64,000 bases of DNA, taken from positions 1 through 64,000 of IMG/VR virus record IMGVR_UViG_3300042311_000626; one strand, 5' to 3'. The DNA comes from a virus. Its lineage: Duplodnaviria > Heunggongvirae > Uroviricota > Caudoviricetes. This document shows, piece by piece, positions 26,293-37,812 of the stretch. Made by a program: the position numbers and the translations under genes. Below the pieces are notes generated by a model. That model saw nothing but the letters and a program-made list of their open reading frames with translations, did not search any database and was not told the DNA's origin. Every line of letters begins with the position of its first letter. Position 1 is the first letter of the stretch.

Positions 26293-27435
26293 ATGGCAGT
26301 TTATAAGATATTCCCTGAGAAGGATACAACAATTTATTCCAAATACCCAGACATGAATACTGGGTTGGATCAGATTCTAGAAATCTCTAATGAAAATTCT
26401 TTATTAGCGGGTTCAACTCCTTATGCTTCTCGTGTATTAATAAAATTTCCTACTGATGAAATAGAGGGAGTATTAAATACAATAGTGTTGCCTACAGTTA
26501 ATACAGAAAGTATAAATTCTTTAACTCCTATAATTTCAACAAATGGCCTCTACTCAGCCTCTTTAAGATTATATTTAGCAGACGCTTCAAATTTACCAGA
26601 CACTTATTCATTAGAATGTTATAGTGTATCTCAATCTTGGGAACAAGGTACAGGACGTTTTTTATATAACCCATATGATACAGAAAATGCAACTTGGAGA
26701 AATAGAGATAATACTAATGAATGGTTAACAGCTAGTTTTTATACTGATACAACAGCATCTTTTCAATCTCAAAATCCAGGTGGAGGTACATGGTGGTTTA
26801 GTTACGCCGGTTCTCAAACATTTGGTATAAATCAAAGTAAAGATATTAATTTAAATGTAACCAATATTACAGATGGTTATAATAGTAATACTTTAATAAA
26901 TGATGGGTTCTTGTTAAAAATGACAAGTAATTATGAACTTACTAATACATCATCATATTCATTAAAATATTTTTCTAGAGATACTCACACAATATATCTA
27001 CCACAATTAGAAATAAAATGGGATGATAGTGTCTATAATACAGGTTCGTTAAATGTTTTAACTAATGAAAACATAGCAATTACATTAGGAAATAATATAG
27101 GTAAATATAATCGAAATGATGTTTATAGATTTAGAGTAAATGCTAGAGATATATACCCTGCTAGACAATTTACAACTGTATCTGTTTATACATTAAATAA
27201 AGCATTACCTTCTAGCTCATATTGGGCTTTACAAGATTTAGATACAGGTGAATATGTTATAGATTTTGATCCAAGTTGCACTAAATTAAGTTGTGATGGA
27301 TCTGGAAATTATTTTGACATGTACATGGCTGGTTTACAACCTGAAAGATATTATAAAATATTAGTAAAATCTTCATTTGAAAATGGTTCAACAGTAGTTT
27401 ATGATAATTCATATATTTTTAAACTTAATAAATAA
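26293..27435 (+). CDS. baseplate/tail structural protein
   Basis: 380-aa Asn/Thr/Ser-rich ORF with late motif upstream. Confidence 0.45.
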   Translation: MAVYKIFPEKDTTIYSKYPDMNTGLDQILEISNENSLLAGSTPYASRVLIKFPTDEIEGVLNTIVLPTVNTESINSLTPIISTNGLYSASLRLYLADASNLPDTYSLECYSVSQSWEQGTGRFLYNPYDTENATWRNRDNTNEWLTASFYTDTTASFQSQNPGGGTWWFSYAGSQTFGINQSKDINLNVTNITDGYNSNTLINDGFLLKMTSNYELTNTSSYSLKYFSRDTHTIYLPQLEIKWDDSVYNTGSLNVLTNENIAITLGNNIGKYNRNDVYRFRVNARDIYPARQFTTVSVYTLNKALPSSSYWALQDLDTGEYVIDFDPSCTKLSCDGSGNYFDMYMAGLQPERYYKILVKSSFENGSTVVYDNSYIFKLNK

Positions 27436-27785
27436 TGGCTGAAGTAATTCCAATTAGAAATTTAGTTTATAACAAAGACACGTTTGCTAAAGTAATTAAT
27501 ACTCAATTTAGTGAACTTAATGCTGTTCCACCAACAACACCTGAAACAACTTTAGAAAATTTTTTTGAATTATATGATGAATTATTTACTGAAATACCTA
27601 GAGAGGGAGATGTAGATTCACATAGATTTATTTTAGAACGTGAAGCAGAGTATTTGGGAGTAAGAATATCAGATGATAATGAAATACAAGCTTTATTACA
27701 AGAAATAACAGATTTAAGACAACAACTGTTGGAGGCCGAAACAACTAATGCTACATTGGAAGCCCAAACAGGTAGAATTGAATAA
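27435..27785 (+). CDS. hypothetical protein (fibre assembly?)
   Basis: 116-aa ORF with coiled-coil C-terminus, just upstream of giant fibre gene. Confidence 0.35.
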   Translation: MAEVIPIRNLVYNKDTFAKVINTQFSELNAVPPTTPETTLENFFELYDELFTEIPREGDVDSHRFILEREAEYLGVRISDDNEIQALLQEITDLRQQLLEAETTNATLEAQTGRIE

Positions 27786-27802
27786 TAAATAATTGATGGT
27801 TA

Positions 27803-30800
27803 ATGGCCGATAATATTAAAATAGTAGGACAAGTTACAGATATTGAGCGTATAAATCGTTATACTGCTCAAGAGGAACAATTACTTAATCCTATCTTAAA
27901 CCAGGAAACCTTTGGTTTACCTCAGGATTATATTGAATACTTTTTATTTGATCAAGGAGGAAACATCCTTAATTCAGATTACAATTATAATTCATATAAA
28001 TTACCATCCAATTCAGCATATTCACAAAGCTTACTTCCTGATATTGAAATAGATCCTATTAAAGATATACAGGATTTAGGATATGAGTCTGGGGAAGTTG
28101 TATCTCGTTATAATTTCTTTAGAAAAATATCAGGTGAACCATTTAGTAATCAATTGTTTATTCAACAAATATCTACAGATAGAACTGAATTACGTGTAGA
28201 TTCTACTGAGTTAACTGATGAAGCCTTAATTGACATAGCTGAAAATTTTGCTACTAAACAGCTTGATGTTCCTTATTATTACTATGTTATTTTAAATTTC
28301 GGTGATAATAATCAAGTAGTAGCTGTAAATATAGTAAGTGAAGTAGATCAAACAGGTAATGTTAGCATATTATTTAAATTATATGAACCATTACCAGCTA
28401 ATATTTCTTTAAAATCAACATTTTGGATTGTAGAAGAAATTGTTAATCCTTATGTGTTTGATCTTAATTTAGATAAGTTAACAACTCCACTTCCTCAACC
28501 TTTTTTAAAAGGACCTAATTTTGATATTGATTTAGAAATTAAAGAAGTAGTACCTACTCCATATAGTAATTTAAATCAGTTAGTAACATCTTTTACAGGC
28601 TCATCTTATCAAGCCGTATTAAATTCATTAACAAATCAAAATGTAAATATAAATGTAGATTATAGTGCATTTAATGAATTTGTTCACTACAGTTCAGCTA
28701 CAAGTAGAGTAAATAATTTTTTAAATAAGATAGGTGAAATTGAAGGATACCAATATGAAATTAGTACTCTTTCACCATTAACATCTAGTAATGCTTCTTT
28801 AGTAAATCAAGTAACAAGAGCAAGTTCTAGTTTAAATACAGTAATAGGTGGTTTTGATGGATTTGAAACTTACTTATACTATACTTCTAGTTCTTTAACT
28901 TCAAGTATAACAACATATGCTTTAGAATCAGGATCATATTTTATTTATAACGTTGCTCCTTATCCAAAATCTAACAGTACAAAACCATACACATTATATG
29001 CTTCATCATCAGTTATAGTTCAATCTTGGTATAACGATACTATTGAAGTAGCTGGTGAGTTTGATTTAACAAATAAAGATATATTAGTTAACACAATACC
29101 ATCATATATAACAGATGATCCAGACAATTATCTACCATATATTGTATTTGTTGAAATGATAGGTCAATATTTTGATAATGTTTGGATTTATATAGATAAA
29201 TTAACAGATGTATGGGATAATAATAACAATCTAAATGAAGGTATATCTCAAGATTTAGTATATGATTGGTTACAATCGTTTGGGATGAAATTATACAATT
29301 CTCAAGGTAACCAAAGTGTATTAGATTATAATGTAGGTGGATTTAGTGGTAGTGTTGATTTTGCTCCTAATTGTGTTAGCTACCGATTTACTAACACCTC
29401 AGGTAATTTTCTATTTCAAACTTATACCTCATGTAATGGAACCCCAGATGCTGTATCCGTACCACCATTTAATGGAACTTCAGAAGTATGCGCTATATCG
29501 GGAAGCTATTTACCATTAACTTCAGGAATTACAGTAACAGATTTAGGACCTTGTTATAATGGGGATTATTCACCATCAAGTAGTTTTTTAAATAATGTAC
29601 CTAGAAAAGATTTAGTACTAGATACTTATAAAAGACTTTATCATAATTTACCTTACTTATTTAAAGGAAAAGGTGCACATGGTGGTTTACAAGGCTTAAT
29701 TACCTTATTTGGTATTACTGGTTCAATTCTTCCTATTAAAGAATATGGTGGGATGAACGACTACCAAGATTTAAAAGGATATACAACAGATAAAATATCA
29801 ATTGGTTCTAATAACATCACAGGAAGTATTTTATCTCCTATAAAACGTTTAGAAACCACTACAACATCATCTAGAGCAATTAAAAGTCAAGATTTACATT
29901 TTATTGATGTATCTTTTTCACCTCAAACACAAATAGATGAGGCTGTATCTGCTTCTATAGCTGCTTCTAACCCATCATGGGTTATAGATGACTATATAGC
30001 ATATCCTCAAGCTTTATATTTAGATAATTATCCTTCTTTATCATACCAAAGAGATTATTGGTTTGGTCAAACATTTACACATCCAAATGAAGGATTCGAC
30101 TATGCTGGGTTTATTAGATTAATTCAATTCTTTGACAATTCATTATTTAAAATGGTTAAAGATTTTACTCCTGCTAGAGGTAATACTTGGACAGGGGTAT
30201 CTATTAAATCACCAGTATTAGAACGCCCTAAAGTACCAGAAGCTAGACCTGTATCCAATGTTCAGATAGATTTAGATGGTGCTATAACGGGTGCTGCTAT
30301 AATCCCTATATATGATCCATATTACGAATATCTATCAGGAGATAAAGTAGCTTACTATAATGGTGAAATTACAGGTTCATTTATTGATACTTACATATAT
30401 TTTGAAGAAAACAATATAAATCCTTATTTAGTCAACAATACAGCAGGAGTAGTACCTCCTGGGTTTATGGGTGGGAATACTGATTTTATATTAGATTATA
30501 ATGCCGTATTTTATGAGAATTTTTTCTATAATTCAAGTTTTAATGCTTTATTTAATAATGTAAGTAAAAGTTTAGAATCTAGCTTTAGAAAAAAATTAAC
30601 TCCTATTATGTCAACTGATAGTTTAGGAAGAGTTTTTACATCATATTCTATTGAAGAACCTGTAGATCTACAAGATTCATATTTAAGCTTACATGCACAT
30701 GTAAATTCAAGATATAATGGAGTTCAATTATTTGGTAGATTTTATAATGTATGGACACCAGGAGATGTAGCATATGGTCAATCTCCAGTTATTACTCATA

Positions 30801-32650
30801 ATACTAAAAAATTAGGATTATTTACAGAAGTTGTAAACAGTATATTACCTTATAAATCAAATGTTAAATTAAAATATCTAGTTAATGAAGTTGGAGGATT
30901 TACTGAATTAAACCAGAGAAACAGAAACTGGCAAGAAGTACAAAACACATTTAAAGCAGGTAATTCATTAAACGTATCTTTATTTAATTCACAACAATAT
31001 TCAAATCAAGCACAAACTAATGGTAATAAAGTTATTTACGAAAGTGGATATTCTTATTTCCCTACTTTTTACATGTTTGGTTTTGAATCTGCAAGTTATG
31101 AATCACAATCTATATTTAATACTGTAGGAGGAGGAAACTCAGCAATTGTTGATAGATTTTTTACTCTATATCCCTCTGGAGGTCTTATAGTATCAGGTGG
31201 AGTAAATCCATCAACCCAATATGTTTCTTCAAGTTATTTAGGAACAGGAAATAAGTATGAAGTCTGGAATATGTTTAGTTTAACGGCTCCTAACTCCAAT
31301 CTAGGATTATATTATAATTTTGGAACTGGTCCGGGTGCTGGAAATGTATTAACTTCTTCATATTATACATTAGCTACAGAAGGGGACTATATGTTCACAT
31401 ACAATTTTAGTATTTTTGTAGAAGGTCCTTTAAACTCAGAATTAACAGCTAGTATGCAATTATGGAAAAGTGGCTCTTCAGGTATAAGTATGTTAACAGA
31501 AAGTACTCAAAGCTTAACAGCTAAAATGAGAACTAATTACTATAATGGAACTTTGTCTTCTTTTGAAGATTTTTCAGGACCGGCCCAATACGTACCAGAT
31601 CCTACTCAAAATAAAACACTATTAAATGGGTATATATTATATTCATATGATGGAATAAACCCAAATCCAATAAGCACGGAGACGTTTTTAGCAGATACTC
31701 TATATTCTGCTTATAATGTTTATGTTTATATTGGTAATGCTCTTGATGACTCCTCTAACAGTGATATTGGTGGTAGTGATATTGATGGTGTTGGTGTTGG
31801 TAATCCTGTACTTATAGATCAAAATAATGTTCCTATTCAAAGCTATTTTGCTGGGACCATTTGGATAAAAGATGGGTCAGGAATACCAGGAAGTCCTACT
31901 ACTCCTAAATATACATTTATATCACGACCATTTTCAGGACCTCAACCTCAAACATTAAACTTTAATAGAAATTTCCTAGTAGAAATTGACCAATTTAATT
32001 ATGTAGTAGGTGATAAAATTGGATTTAGATTTTTTGTAGAATCTAATGTAGGCCCAGTAACAGCTTCTCTTCTTAGAACTAATAATAGCATATTACAGGT
32101 AGTTCCTACTAATGACTCTTTATTAGTGACAACTTCGTCTGTATGTGTTAATCAAGCTGCTAATTCTTTTTATCTATCACCTCAGTTATCCCCTTTCTTT
32201 AGTACTAATTATATATTTAACCCGTTAGATACTTTAATATCTTCATCATATGCTAATTTATATTTAGAATATGGAGATATTTTATATCCATTTGCTTTAC
32301 AAGAAAATGATAAAATTATTGTTCAAGTAATAGATGAAAATGGACCTTTCTTGGAATACACAGTTAGTAATATTATATATAGTGGAAATGGTATTGTTTA
32401 TATACAAACTAAAGAAGATATAAGTGGGTATTTTGAGGATCGTTGTAATAAATTTTTTAAAATTATTTTCTTAAAACGTGTAAATGACGAAACCAATATT
32501 ATAGTTAACCTAATTAAACCAAATGGAAAAACATCTTATGGATTTTCAATCCCTCAAAACATAGCACAAAATGTTTTAAACAATATAGATGTCATAACAG
32601 TTAATACTAAACAACAATTAATTGACGCAGGAATCAATTTAACTCAATAA
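27803..32650 (+). CDS. giant tail fibre / receptor-binding structural protein (1615 aa)
   Basis: Very long Asn/Ser/Thr/Tyr/Gly-rich ORF in baseplate/fibre position. Confidence 0.6.
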   Translation: MADNIKIVGQVTDIERINRYTAQEEQLLNPILNQETFGLPQDYIEYFLFDQGGNILNSDYNYNSYKLPSNSAYSQSLLPDIEIDPIKDIQDLGYESGEVVSRYNFFRKISGEPFSNQLFIQQISTDRTELRVDSTELTDEALIDIAENFATKQLDVPYYYYVILNFGDNNQVVAVNIVSEVDQTGNVSILFKLYEPLPANISLKSTFWIVEEIVNPYVFDLNLDKLTTPLPQPFLKGPNFDIDLEIKEVVPTPYSNLNQLVTSFTGSSYQAVLNSLTNQNVNINVDYSAFNEFVHYSSATSRVNNFLNKIGEIEGYQYEISTLSPLTSSNASLVNQVTRASSSLNTVIGGFDGFETYLYYTSSSLTSSITTYALESGSYFIYNVAPYPKSNSTKPYTLYASSSVIVQSWYNDTIEVAGEFDLTNKDILVNTIPSYITDDPDNYLPYIVFVEMIGQYFDNVWIYIDKLTDVWDNNNNLNEGISQDLVYDWLQSFGMKLYNSQGNQSVLDYNVGGFSGSVDFAPNCVSYRFTNTSGNFLFQTYTSCNGTPDAVSVPPFNGTSEVCAISGSYLPLTSGITVTDLGPCYNGDYSPSSSFLNNVPRKDLVLDTYKRLYHNLPYLFKGKGAHGGLQGLITLFGITGSILPIKEYGGMNDYQDLKGYTTDKISIGSNNITGSILSPIKRLETTTTSSRAIKSQDLHFIDVSFSPQTQIDEAVSASIAASNPSWVIDDYIAYPQALYLDNYPSLSYQRDYWFGQTFTHPNEGFDYAGFIRLIQFFDNSLFKMVKDFTPARGNTWTGVSIKSPVLERPKVPEARPVSNVQIDLDGAITGAAIIPIYDPYYEYLSGDKVAYYNGEITGSFIDTYIYFEENNINPYLVNNTAGVVPPGFMGGNTDFILDYNAVFYENFFYNSSFNALFNNVSKSLESSFRKKLTPIMSTDSLGRVFTSYSIEEPVDLQDSYLSLHAHVNSRYNGVQLFGRFYNVWTPGDVAYGQSPVITHNTKKLGLFTEVVNSILPYKSNVKLKYLVNEVGGFTELNQRNRNWQEVQNTFKAGNSLNVSLFNSQQYSNQAQTNGNKVIYESGYSYFPTFYMFGFESASYESQSIFNTVGGGNSAIVDRFFTLYPSGGLIVSGGVNPSTQYVSSSYLGTGNKYEVWNMFSLTAPNSNLGLYYNFGTGPGAGNVLTSSYYTLATEGDYMFTYNFSIFVEGPLNSELTASMQLWKSGSSGISMLTESTQSLTAKMRTNYYNGTLSSFEDFSGPAQYVPDPTQNKTLLNGYILYSYDGINPNPISTETFLADTLYSAYNVYVYIGNALDDSSNSDIGGSDIDGVGVGNPVLIDQNNVPIQSYFAGTIWIKDGSGIPGSPTTPKYTFISRPFSGPQPQTLNFNRNFLVEIDQFNYVVGDKIGFRFFVESNVGPVTASLLRTNNSILQVVPTNDSLLVTTSSVCVNQAANSFYLSPQLSPFFSTNYIFNPLDTLISSSYANLYLEYGDILYPFALQENDKIIVQVIDENGPFLEYTVSNIIYSGNGIVYIQTKEDISGYFEDRCNKFFKIIFLKRVNDETNIIVNLIKPNGKTSYGFSIPQNIAQNVLNNIDVITVNTKQQLIDAGINLTQ

Positions 32651-32667
32651 AAAAATTAAAATATATA

Positions 32668-32676
32668 ATATTTATA
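32668..32676 (+). promoter_or_regulatory. late-type motif ATATTTATAA
   Basis: 16 nt upstream of ATG 32693. Confidence 0.4.
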
Positions 32677-32692
32677 AACAAATTAATTAATA

Positions 32693-33355
32693 ATGGCTAT
32701 ATTAAACAATAATACAGTAACCGTAGATGCTATTTTAACAGCTAAAGGAAGAGAATTATTAGCTAGAAATGATGGTTCATTTAGAATCACTCAATTCTCT
32801 TTGGCAGACGACGAAGTAGATTATACATTATACAATCCACAACACCCTTCAGGATCAGCTTTTTATGGACAAGCTATTGAAGCTATGCCTGTAATGGAAG
32901 CATTTCCTGATGATACGCAGATAATGATTTACAAATTAGCAACTTTACCTAGAGGTACATCTAAATTACCTGTTATTAATGTTGGTTATAACAGTATATC
33001 ATTGAAACAAGGAGCTACTTTAACAATTACTCCTCAAACATTGAATTACTTAGGTGCTACTAGTACATTTGAAGCTAACGGGTACGCTGTTACAATTGCG
33101 GATGTTAGATTCTTATCTACATTCTCAGCAACGGGTGTTGCTGGTTCTGAAACTACACCAACAGGTATTACATCAACAGTAGGTTCACAATTAAGTCAAA
33201 CTATTATAGGTACTTCGTTTACATTAACTGGTACTACTATTAATACATTATTTGGTTCTGGTTTAAATCAAATCACAACTACAATTACAGTATTAGGTAG
33301 AGATAGTGGAGCTAGAATAACAATACCATTAACAATAACTAAATCAAACTCATAA
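32693..33355 (+). CDS. structural protein (220 aa)
   Basis: Thr/Ser/Gly-rich beta-type composition, late motif upstream. Confidence 0.45.
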   Translation: MAILNNNTVTVDAILTAKGRELLARNDGSFRITQFSLADDEVDYTLYNPQHPSGSAFYGQAIEAMPVMEAFPDDTQIMIYKLATLPRGTSKLPVINVGYNSISLKQGATLTITPQTLNYLGATSTFEANGYAVTIADVRFLSTFSATGVAGSETTPTGITSTVGSQLSQTIIGTSFTLTGTTINTLFGSGLNQITTTITVLGRDSGARITIPLTITKSNS

Positions 33356-33361
33356 TAATAT

Positions 33362-34384
33362 ATGTCATTCGTAAGATACACACCAGAAGATTCTGTAGTA
33401 AGTACTGAGGCTATTGTAAGACCAATGTGGAGTGGTGATGAAAATGTATTATCTACATTTTACACTTCTAGTGCTATTACAAGTCCTTTTTACTTAAATG
33501 TCTACTCCAATTATCCAGGAGCTTTAACTTCTACTACGGAGTCAGTTCAATTAGCTATTCAATATGGTAACAAATATGGAAGTGGTTCTAGTTATATAAA
33601 TAACGGAGTTACAACTGTCTTACCGGATGGTTCATCACTTACAACTTCTAGAGTTGTATATGGTCAATATAGGACATTATTATTAGGGACTGAAAGTGGT
33701 AGTTTTGAGTTTAATAATGACAACCCAAATGGTATTTACATCATAAATGTTGCTAGAAATAGATATAAAGAACACATTCAACCAGGTTCAATGACATTAA
33801 AATTGAAAAATGGATTTAATGAAATTTCTTTAACAGATAATAGTCAAATATCTAGTACAACAAATTATACAACAGCAGGTACTTTATATTATACTTTAAT
33901 TTCAGGTAGTGCAGGTACGGCAGCTACAGCAGCTACTAATGCTTCTGTGTATGGTTACTTATACCCAGATAGTGATATTATTATTTTAAATCCTACAGCT
34001 TTAAGTAAATCTATTGTAGATGGAGGTATATCTTATAATCCTACAGTAAATGCACCTGGAACTAATAACAATATTCAAACAGGAATATATCAGATAATGT
34101 CTGGGAGTTCTTATTTTGCTTTACAATCTGAGGAGAATGTCTCTTCTCATTTGTTCTTTACTAGAGTTAAAAATCAAGACTTTAATTACACTACTAACCC
34201 ATCTATTATTGATGCTAATGGTAATTTAATATATACTACATTAATTAACAATCCTCAAACATACATTACTACTGTAGGTATGTATAATGATCAGAATGAG
34301 TTATTAGCTGTTGCTAAATTAAGTAGACCATTGGTAAAAGATTTTACAAAAGAAGCATTAATTCAAGTAAAATTAGATTACTAA
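33362..34384 (+). CDS. tail fibre-like structural protein (intact copy of a duplicated gene)
   Basis: N-terminal region parallels 34410..37025; C-terminal YITTVGMYNDQNELLAVAKLSRPL nearly identical to the C-terminus of 37813..38163. Confidence 0.5.
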   Translation: MSFVRYTPEDSVVSTEAIVRPMWSGDENVLSTFYTSSAITSPFYLNVYSNYPGALTSTTESVQLAIQYGNKYGSGSSYINNGVTTVLPDGSSLTTSRVVYGQYRTLLLGTESGSFEFNNDNPNGIYIINVARNRYKEHIQPGSMTLKLKNGFNEISLTDNSQISSTTNYTTAGTLYYTLISGSAGTAATAATNASVYGYLYPDSDIIILNPTALSKSIVDGGISYNPTVNAPGTNNNIQTGIYQIMSGSSYFALQSEENVSSHLFFTRVKNQDFNYTTNPSIIDANGNLIYTTLINNPQTYITTVGMYNDQNELLAVAKLSRPLVKDFTKEALIQVKLDY

Positions 34385-34409
34385 TTTAATCAATAACAAA
34401 TGTTAATAA

Positions 34410-37025
34410 ATGGGTTCATTCAAAAAGTTAAAATCTTCGGATGTTATAACAGTACCTGTTGTAGCAAATAAAAGTTGGAACTTTAATTATTGTCCGGTTC
34501 CAACTAATGACCCTTATGTTTCGTATTATAATGGTATAAATTCAACAGATCTATTTAATCCTAATGAGGATTGGATAACTAATGGACATTATGATAGGTT
34601 AACGTATAGACAGATTAACCAATTATTTTACCATGACTTTTCAGGTAGTTTAAATACATCTTCATTAGCATCATCATTATATTATGAATCAGCTAGCAGT
34701 AGTCACCCTACTGCTTCATATTTTAACTATAACAATGACCCTGCTTTTATTTCTAATTTCCCAACAGGAGCAAATGAGGAAATAAAGGTAATACAAATAT
34801 CACCTAAAGCTTACGGAAGTAGATTATTACCTTATACTTTCCAAATGTCATCATCTCAGTATAATTTTTATGATGATGGTAAGGGTAATGTTTATGATAA
34901 CTTTAATAGTAATCCACCAGCTCACGTAGGTAATATTTTTTATGAACAAGGTACAGTAGTAATTACTAGTCAAGATTTTCAAACATTATTTGTATTACCT
35001 CCAGTAGCGTACGATGATAATTACACAATTATACGAAGTGACTACCCTAACCCAGCAACATTCTCATTTAATCCTTTAATAAATGATGATTTAAGGGGTA
35101 ATACATTAGTAAATCAATCTATTACTTTATTTGGAGGGGATATATCATTCTTTAGTACAGGTTCTAGTAACACTGTATCTATGTCTTTCTCTGGTTTAGG
35201 AGTAGGGACATATCAAACTTTTTATACATTTTTAGTTACTGGTTCTTATTGTGCTCCTTTACGTAGTGGTACAGGAAGTATAACAGTAAATGTAACAGAT
35301 CCAGAATGTGAATTTGAAATAGGTATTATAGAAATTTCACCACCAGCACCATCTGTAACACCAACACCAACTATATCTGTTACTCCAACTGTTACACCAA
35401 CAACAACACCAACTATATCTGTTAGTAGAACTCCATCGGCTACACCGTCAGTAAGTCCTACACCAAGTATAAGTGTTAGTAGAACACCATCAGTAACACC
35501 AAGTAGAACACCTAGTATAACACCATCAATAACGCCTTCGATTTCAATTAGTGCAACACCTAGTGTAACACCATCAATTTCAATAAGTGCTACACCAAGT
35601 GTAACTCCAAGTGTAACGCCTTCAATTTCGATAACGCCATCGATTTCGATTAGTGCTACTCCTAGTACAACACCATCGATTACACCTTCGATTTCGATAA
35701 GTGCTACTCCAAGTGTAACACCATCAATTTCGATAAGCGCTACACCAAGTATAACGCCGAGTATAACACCGTCTATTAGTATAACACCTTCAATTTCGAT
35801 AAGTGCAACACCATCTGTTACACCATCTGCTACTCCTAGTATTACGCCTAGTATTAGTATAAGTGCAACACCATCTGTTACACCATCAATTTCTATAAGT
35901 GTTACTCCTAGTATAACGCCATCGATTTCAATTACACCTAGTATATCGATTAGCGCAACACCATCTGTTACTCCTAGTATTTCTATTTCTAATACTCCAA
36001 GTGTAACGCCTAATATATCAAGTACACCATCGATTAGTATTACACCATCTATTAGTATTACACCATCGATTAGTATAAGCAAAACACCTAGTGTTACACC
36101 AAGTGTAACGCCTTCAATTTCGATAACACCATCGATTTCGATTAGTGCTACACCATCTGTTACTCCTAGCATAACACCAAGTATATCGATTAGTGTTACA
36201 CCAAGTATAACACCATCAATATCGGTTAGTAAAACACCTAGTGTAACACCAAGTAGAACACCTTCTACTTCATCACCATCAGTTATTCGCCAAGCAATAA
36301 GTTGTTGTGATTCTAGAAAAGAAGGAATGGTAATACCAGCGGCATTTATAGGAACAGTAGTAACATCAACAACAGATGAATGTTTCTTTATAAACAGTAA
36401 TATTGAACCAGTTGCAACTATAACGTGGAGTGGTGATTTAGGGTTTGAAGATTGTAATGCATGTACAGCATTTAATCCATGCCCTGCTCCACCATCACCA
36501 TCTACTACTCCAAGTATTAGTGTAAGTAGAACACCTAGTGTTACTCCAAGTATAACACCATCGATTAGTATAACGCCATCTATTAGTGTAAGTAGAACAC
36601 CTAGTGCTACTCCAAGTGTAACACCATCAATATCGGTTAGTAAAACACCAAGTGTAACGCCTTCAATTAGTATTAGTAAAACACCAAGTGTAACGCCTTC
36701 AATTAGTATTAGTAAAACACCATCAATTACACCAAGTATAACACCATCAGTATCAGGTATATCATATACATTCTATGCTAATGATTGGACTCCTGGTACA
36801 CCTTGTGGTCCTGCTTATGGTATATGGTTAGGTAGTGACGGTTATTATTATGCTACTGATGATGGTGCCGTTACATTTACATTAATGTATTCTTTAGCAG
36901 AATTTTGGTACCAATATCAATATTATGACCCATTTTTTGGATTTGATGTATATGATGAGTATTCAGTAAATTTTACATCAACAATAATAAACTATGAGGG
37001 ACAATTACCGTTCACATGTTTTTAA
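34410..37025 (+). CDS. structural protein with two long Thr-Pro-Ser tandem-repeat linkers and Cys-rich modules
   Basis: N-domain paralogous to 33362 ORF; ~310 aa of TPSISISATPSV-type repeats, Cys-rich island, second repeat block, aromatic-rich C-terminal domain. Confidence 0.6.
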   Translation: MGSFKKLKSSDVITVPVVANKSWNFNYCPVPTNDPYVSYYNGINSTDLFNPNEDWITNGHYDRLTYRQINQLFYHDFSGSLNTSSLASSLYYESASSSHPTASYFNYNNDPAFISNFPTGANEEIKVIQISPKAYGSRLLPYTFQMSSSQYNFYDDGKGNVYDNFNSNPPAHVGNIFYEQGTVVITSQDFQTLFVLPPVAYDDNYTIIRSDYPNPATFSFNPLINDDLRGNTLVNQSITLFGGDISFFSTGSSNTVSMSFSGLGVGTYQTFYTFLVTGSYCAPLRSGTGSITVNVTDPECEFEIGIIEISPPAPSVTPTPTISVTPTVTPTTTPTISVSRTPSATPSVSPTPSISVSRTPSVTPSRTPSITPSITPSISISATPSVTPSISISATPSVTPSVTPSISITPSISISATPSTTPSITPSISISATPSVTPSISISATPSITPSITPSISITPSISISATPSVTPSATPSITPSISISATPSVTPSISISVTPSITPSISITPSISISATPSVTPSISISNTPSVTPNISSTPSISITPSISITPSISISKTPSVTPSVTPSISITPSISISATPSVTPSITPSISISVTPSITPSISVSKTPSVTPSRTPSTSSPSVIRQAISCCDSRKEGMVIPAAFIGTVVTSTTDECFFINSNIEPVATITWSGDLGFEDCNACTAFNPCPAPPSPSTTPSISVSRTPSVTPSITPSISITPSISVSRTPSATPSVTPSISVSKTPSVTPSISISKTPSVTPSISISKTPSITPSITPSVSGISYTFYANDWTPGTPCGPAYGIWLGSDGYYYATDDGAVTFTLMYSLAEFWYQYQYYDPFFGFDVYDEYSVNFTSTIINYEGQLPFTCF
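35341..36285 (+). repeat. coding tandem repeat array of Thr-Pro-Ser units (first block)
   Basis: Dozens of 18-36-nt units such as acaccatcgatttcgataagtgctacaccaagtgtaacgcct; in-frame within 34410..37025. Confidence 0.85.
36490..36762 (+). repeat. coding Thr-Pro-Ser tandem repeats (second block)
   Basis: [16 protein letters not shown]... units. Confidence 0.8.
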
Positions 37026-37048
37026 AAATATTTAATATAAAATAATTT

Positions 37049-37789
37049 ATGCCAGATTTTCAAATATACTATCAAGAAGGAAATTCACCTGGACCATTTG
37101 ATATTTACTTATCAGGAACTTCAGGATTGCAATTATATGCTTCAGGAGTAACTCAAGCTCAATTGGATGGAGGATATTTTATTACTCTTCCTAGTGGGTT
37201 TACTTCATCGTCTATTGTTGTAGTTAATATGTCATTTGGTTGTGCTACACAAGATATAGTACCGTTTCCAACGCCATCTATATCTATTACACCATCGATT
37301 AGTATAACACCTAGTATAACACCAACTGTTACTGTAACACCAACTAGAACTGTAACTCCTAGTCCAACTATTAGTGTAACACCTAGTGTAACACCACCAC
37401 CTAGTAATACACCAAGTGTTACCCCAAGTGTTACCCCAAGTGAAACACCTCTTATTTCATTAACACCAACTCCTTCTATATCAATTAGCAGAACACCATC
37501 AGTTACACCACCCGCATCTAGTTTGTTGTATATAGGTACTCCTTCTGGAGCTTATACTCAAGCTTATTTAGCTTGTAATGCATATCCAGCATTTGCATAC
37601 GCTGCCTATTATGTTAATTCAGTGGGAGGTATAGCACCTGGAAATTATGTATATGGAGATGCAGCTCTTACAATACCTGTTAATGGATTTGACAGATGGG
37701 TTGCATTATCATATCTAGGAATTGGACCCATAGTAGGTGTAATCCAAATAGGCACTTCAGGACTTATTTTAAATTCTACTATTTGTTAA
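37049..37789 (+). CDS. structural protein with Thr-Pro-Ser repeat linker
   Basis: Same TPSISI(T/S) repeat family between two globular segments. Confidence 0.5.
   Translation: MPDFQIYYQEGNSPGPFDIYLSGTSGLQLYASGVTQAQLDGGYFITLPSGFTSSSIVVVNMSFGCATQDIVPFPTPSISITPSISITPSITPTVTVTPTRTVTPSPTISVTPSVTPPPSNTPSVTPSVTPSETPLISLTPTPSISISRTPSVTPPASSLLYIGTPSGAYTQAYLACNAYPAFAYAAYYVNSVGGIAPGNYVYGDAALTIPVNGFDRWVALSYLGIGPIVGVIQIGTSGLILNSTIC
37270..37515 (+). repeat. coding Thr-Pro-Ser/Val tandem repeats
   Basis: [24 protein letters not shown]... in 37049..37789. Confidence 0.75.
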
Positions 37790-37812
37790 TATAATTATAA
37801 TAAAATAATAAT

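Noticed and set aside
29337-29519. Internal 60-aa ORF within the giant fibre gene
   Set aside because: Embedded out of frame in a 1615-aa ORF; no independent signals.
35246-36172. 308-aa minus-strand ORF (GVTDGVALIEIDGV...)
   Set aside because: Mirror image of the Thr-Pro-Ser tandem repeats; the open frame is a low-complexity artefact, and the + strand gene has the promoter context and synteny.
35341-37515. Possible CRISPR array suggested by regular short direct repeats
   Set aside because: The repeats are in-frame coding units of variable length (18-36 nt) without unique spacers, sit inside structural genes, and have no cas genes or leader.
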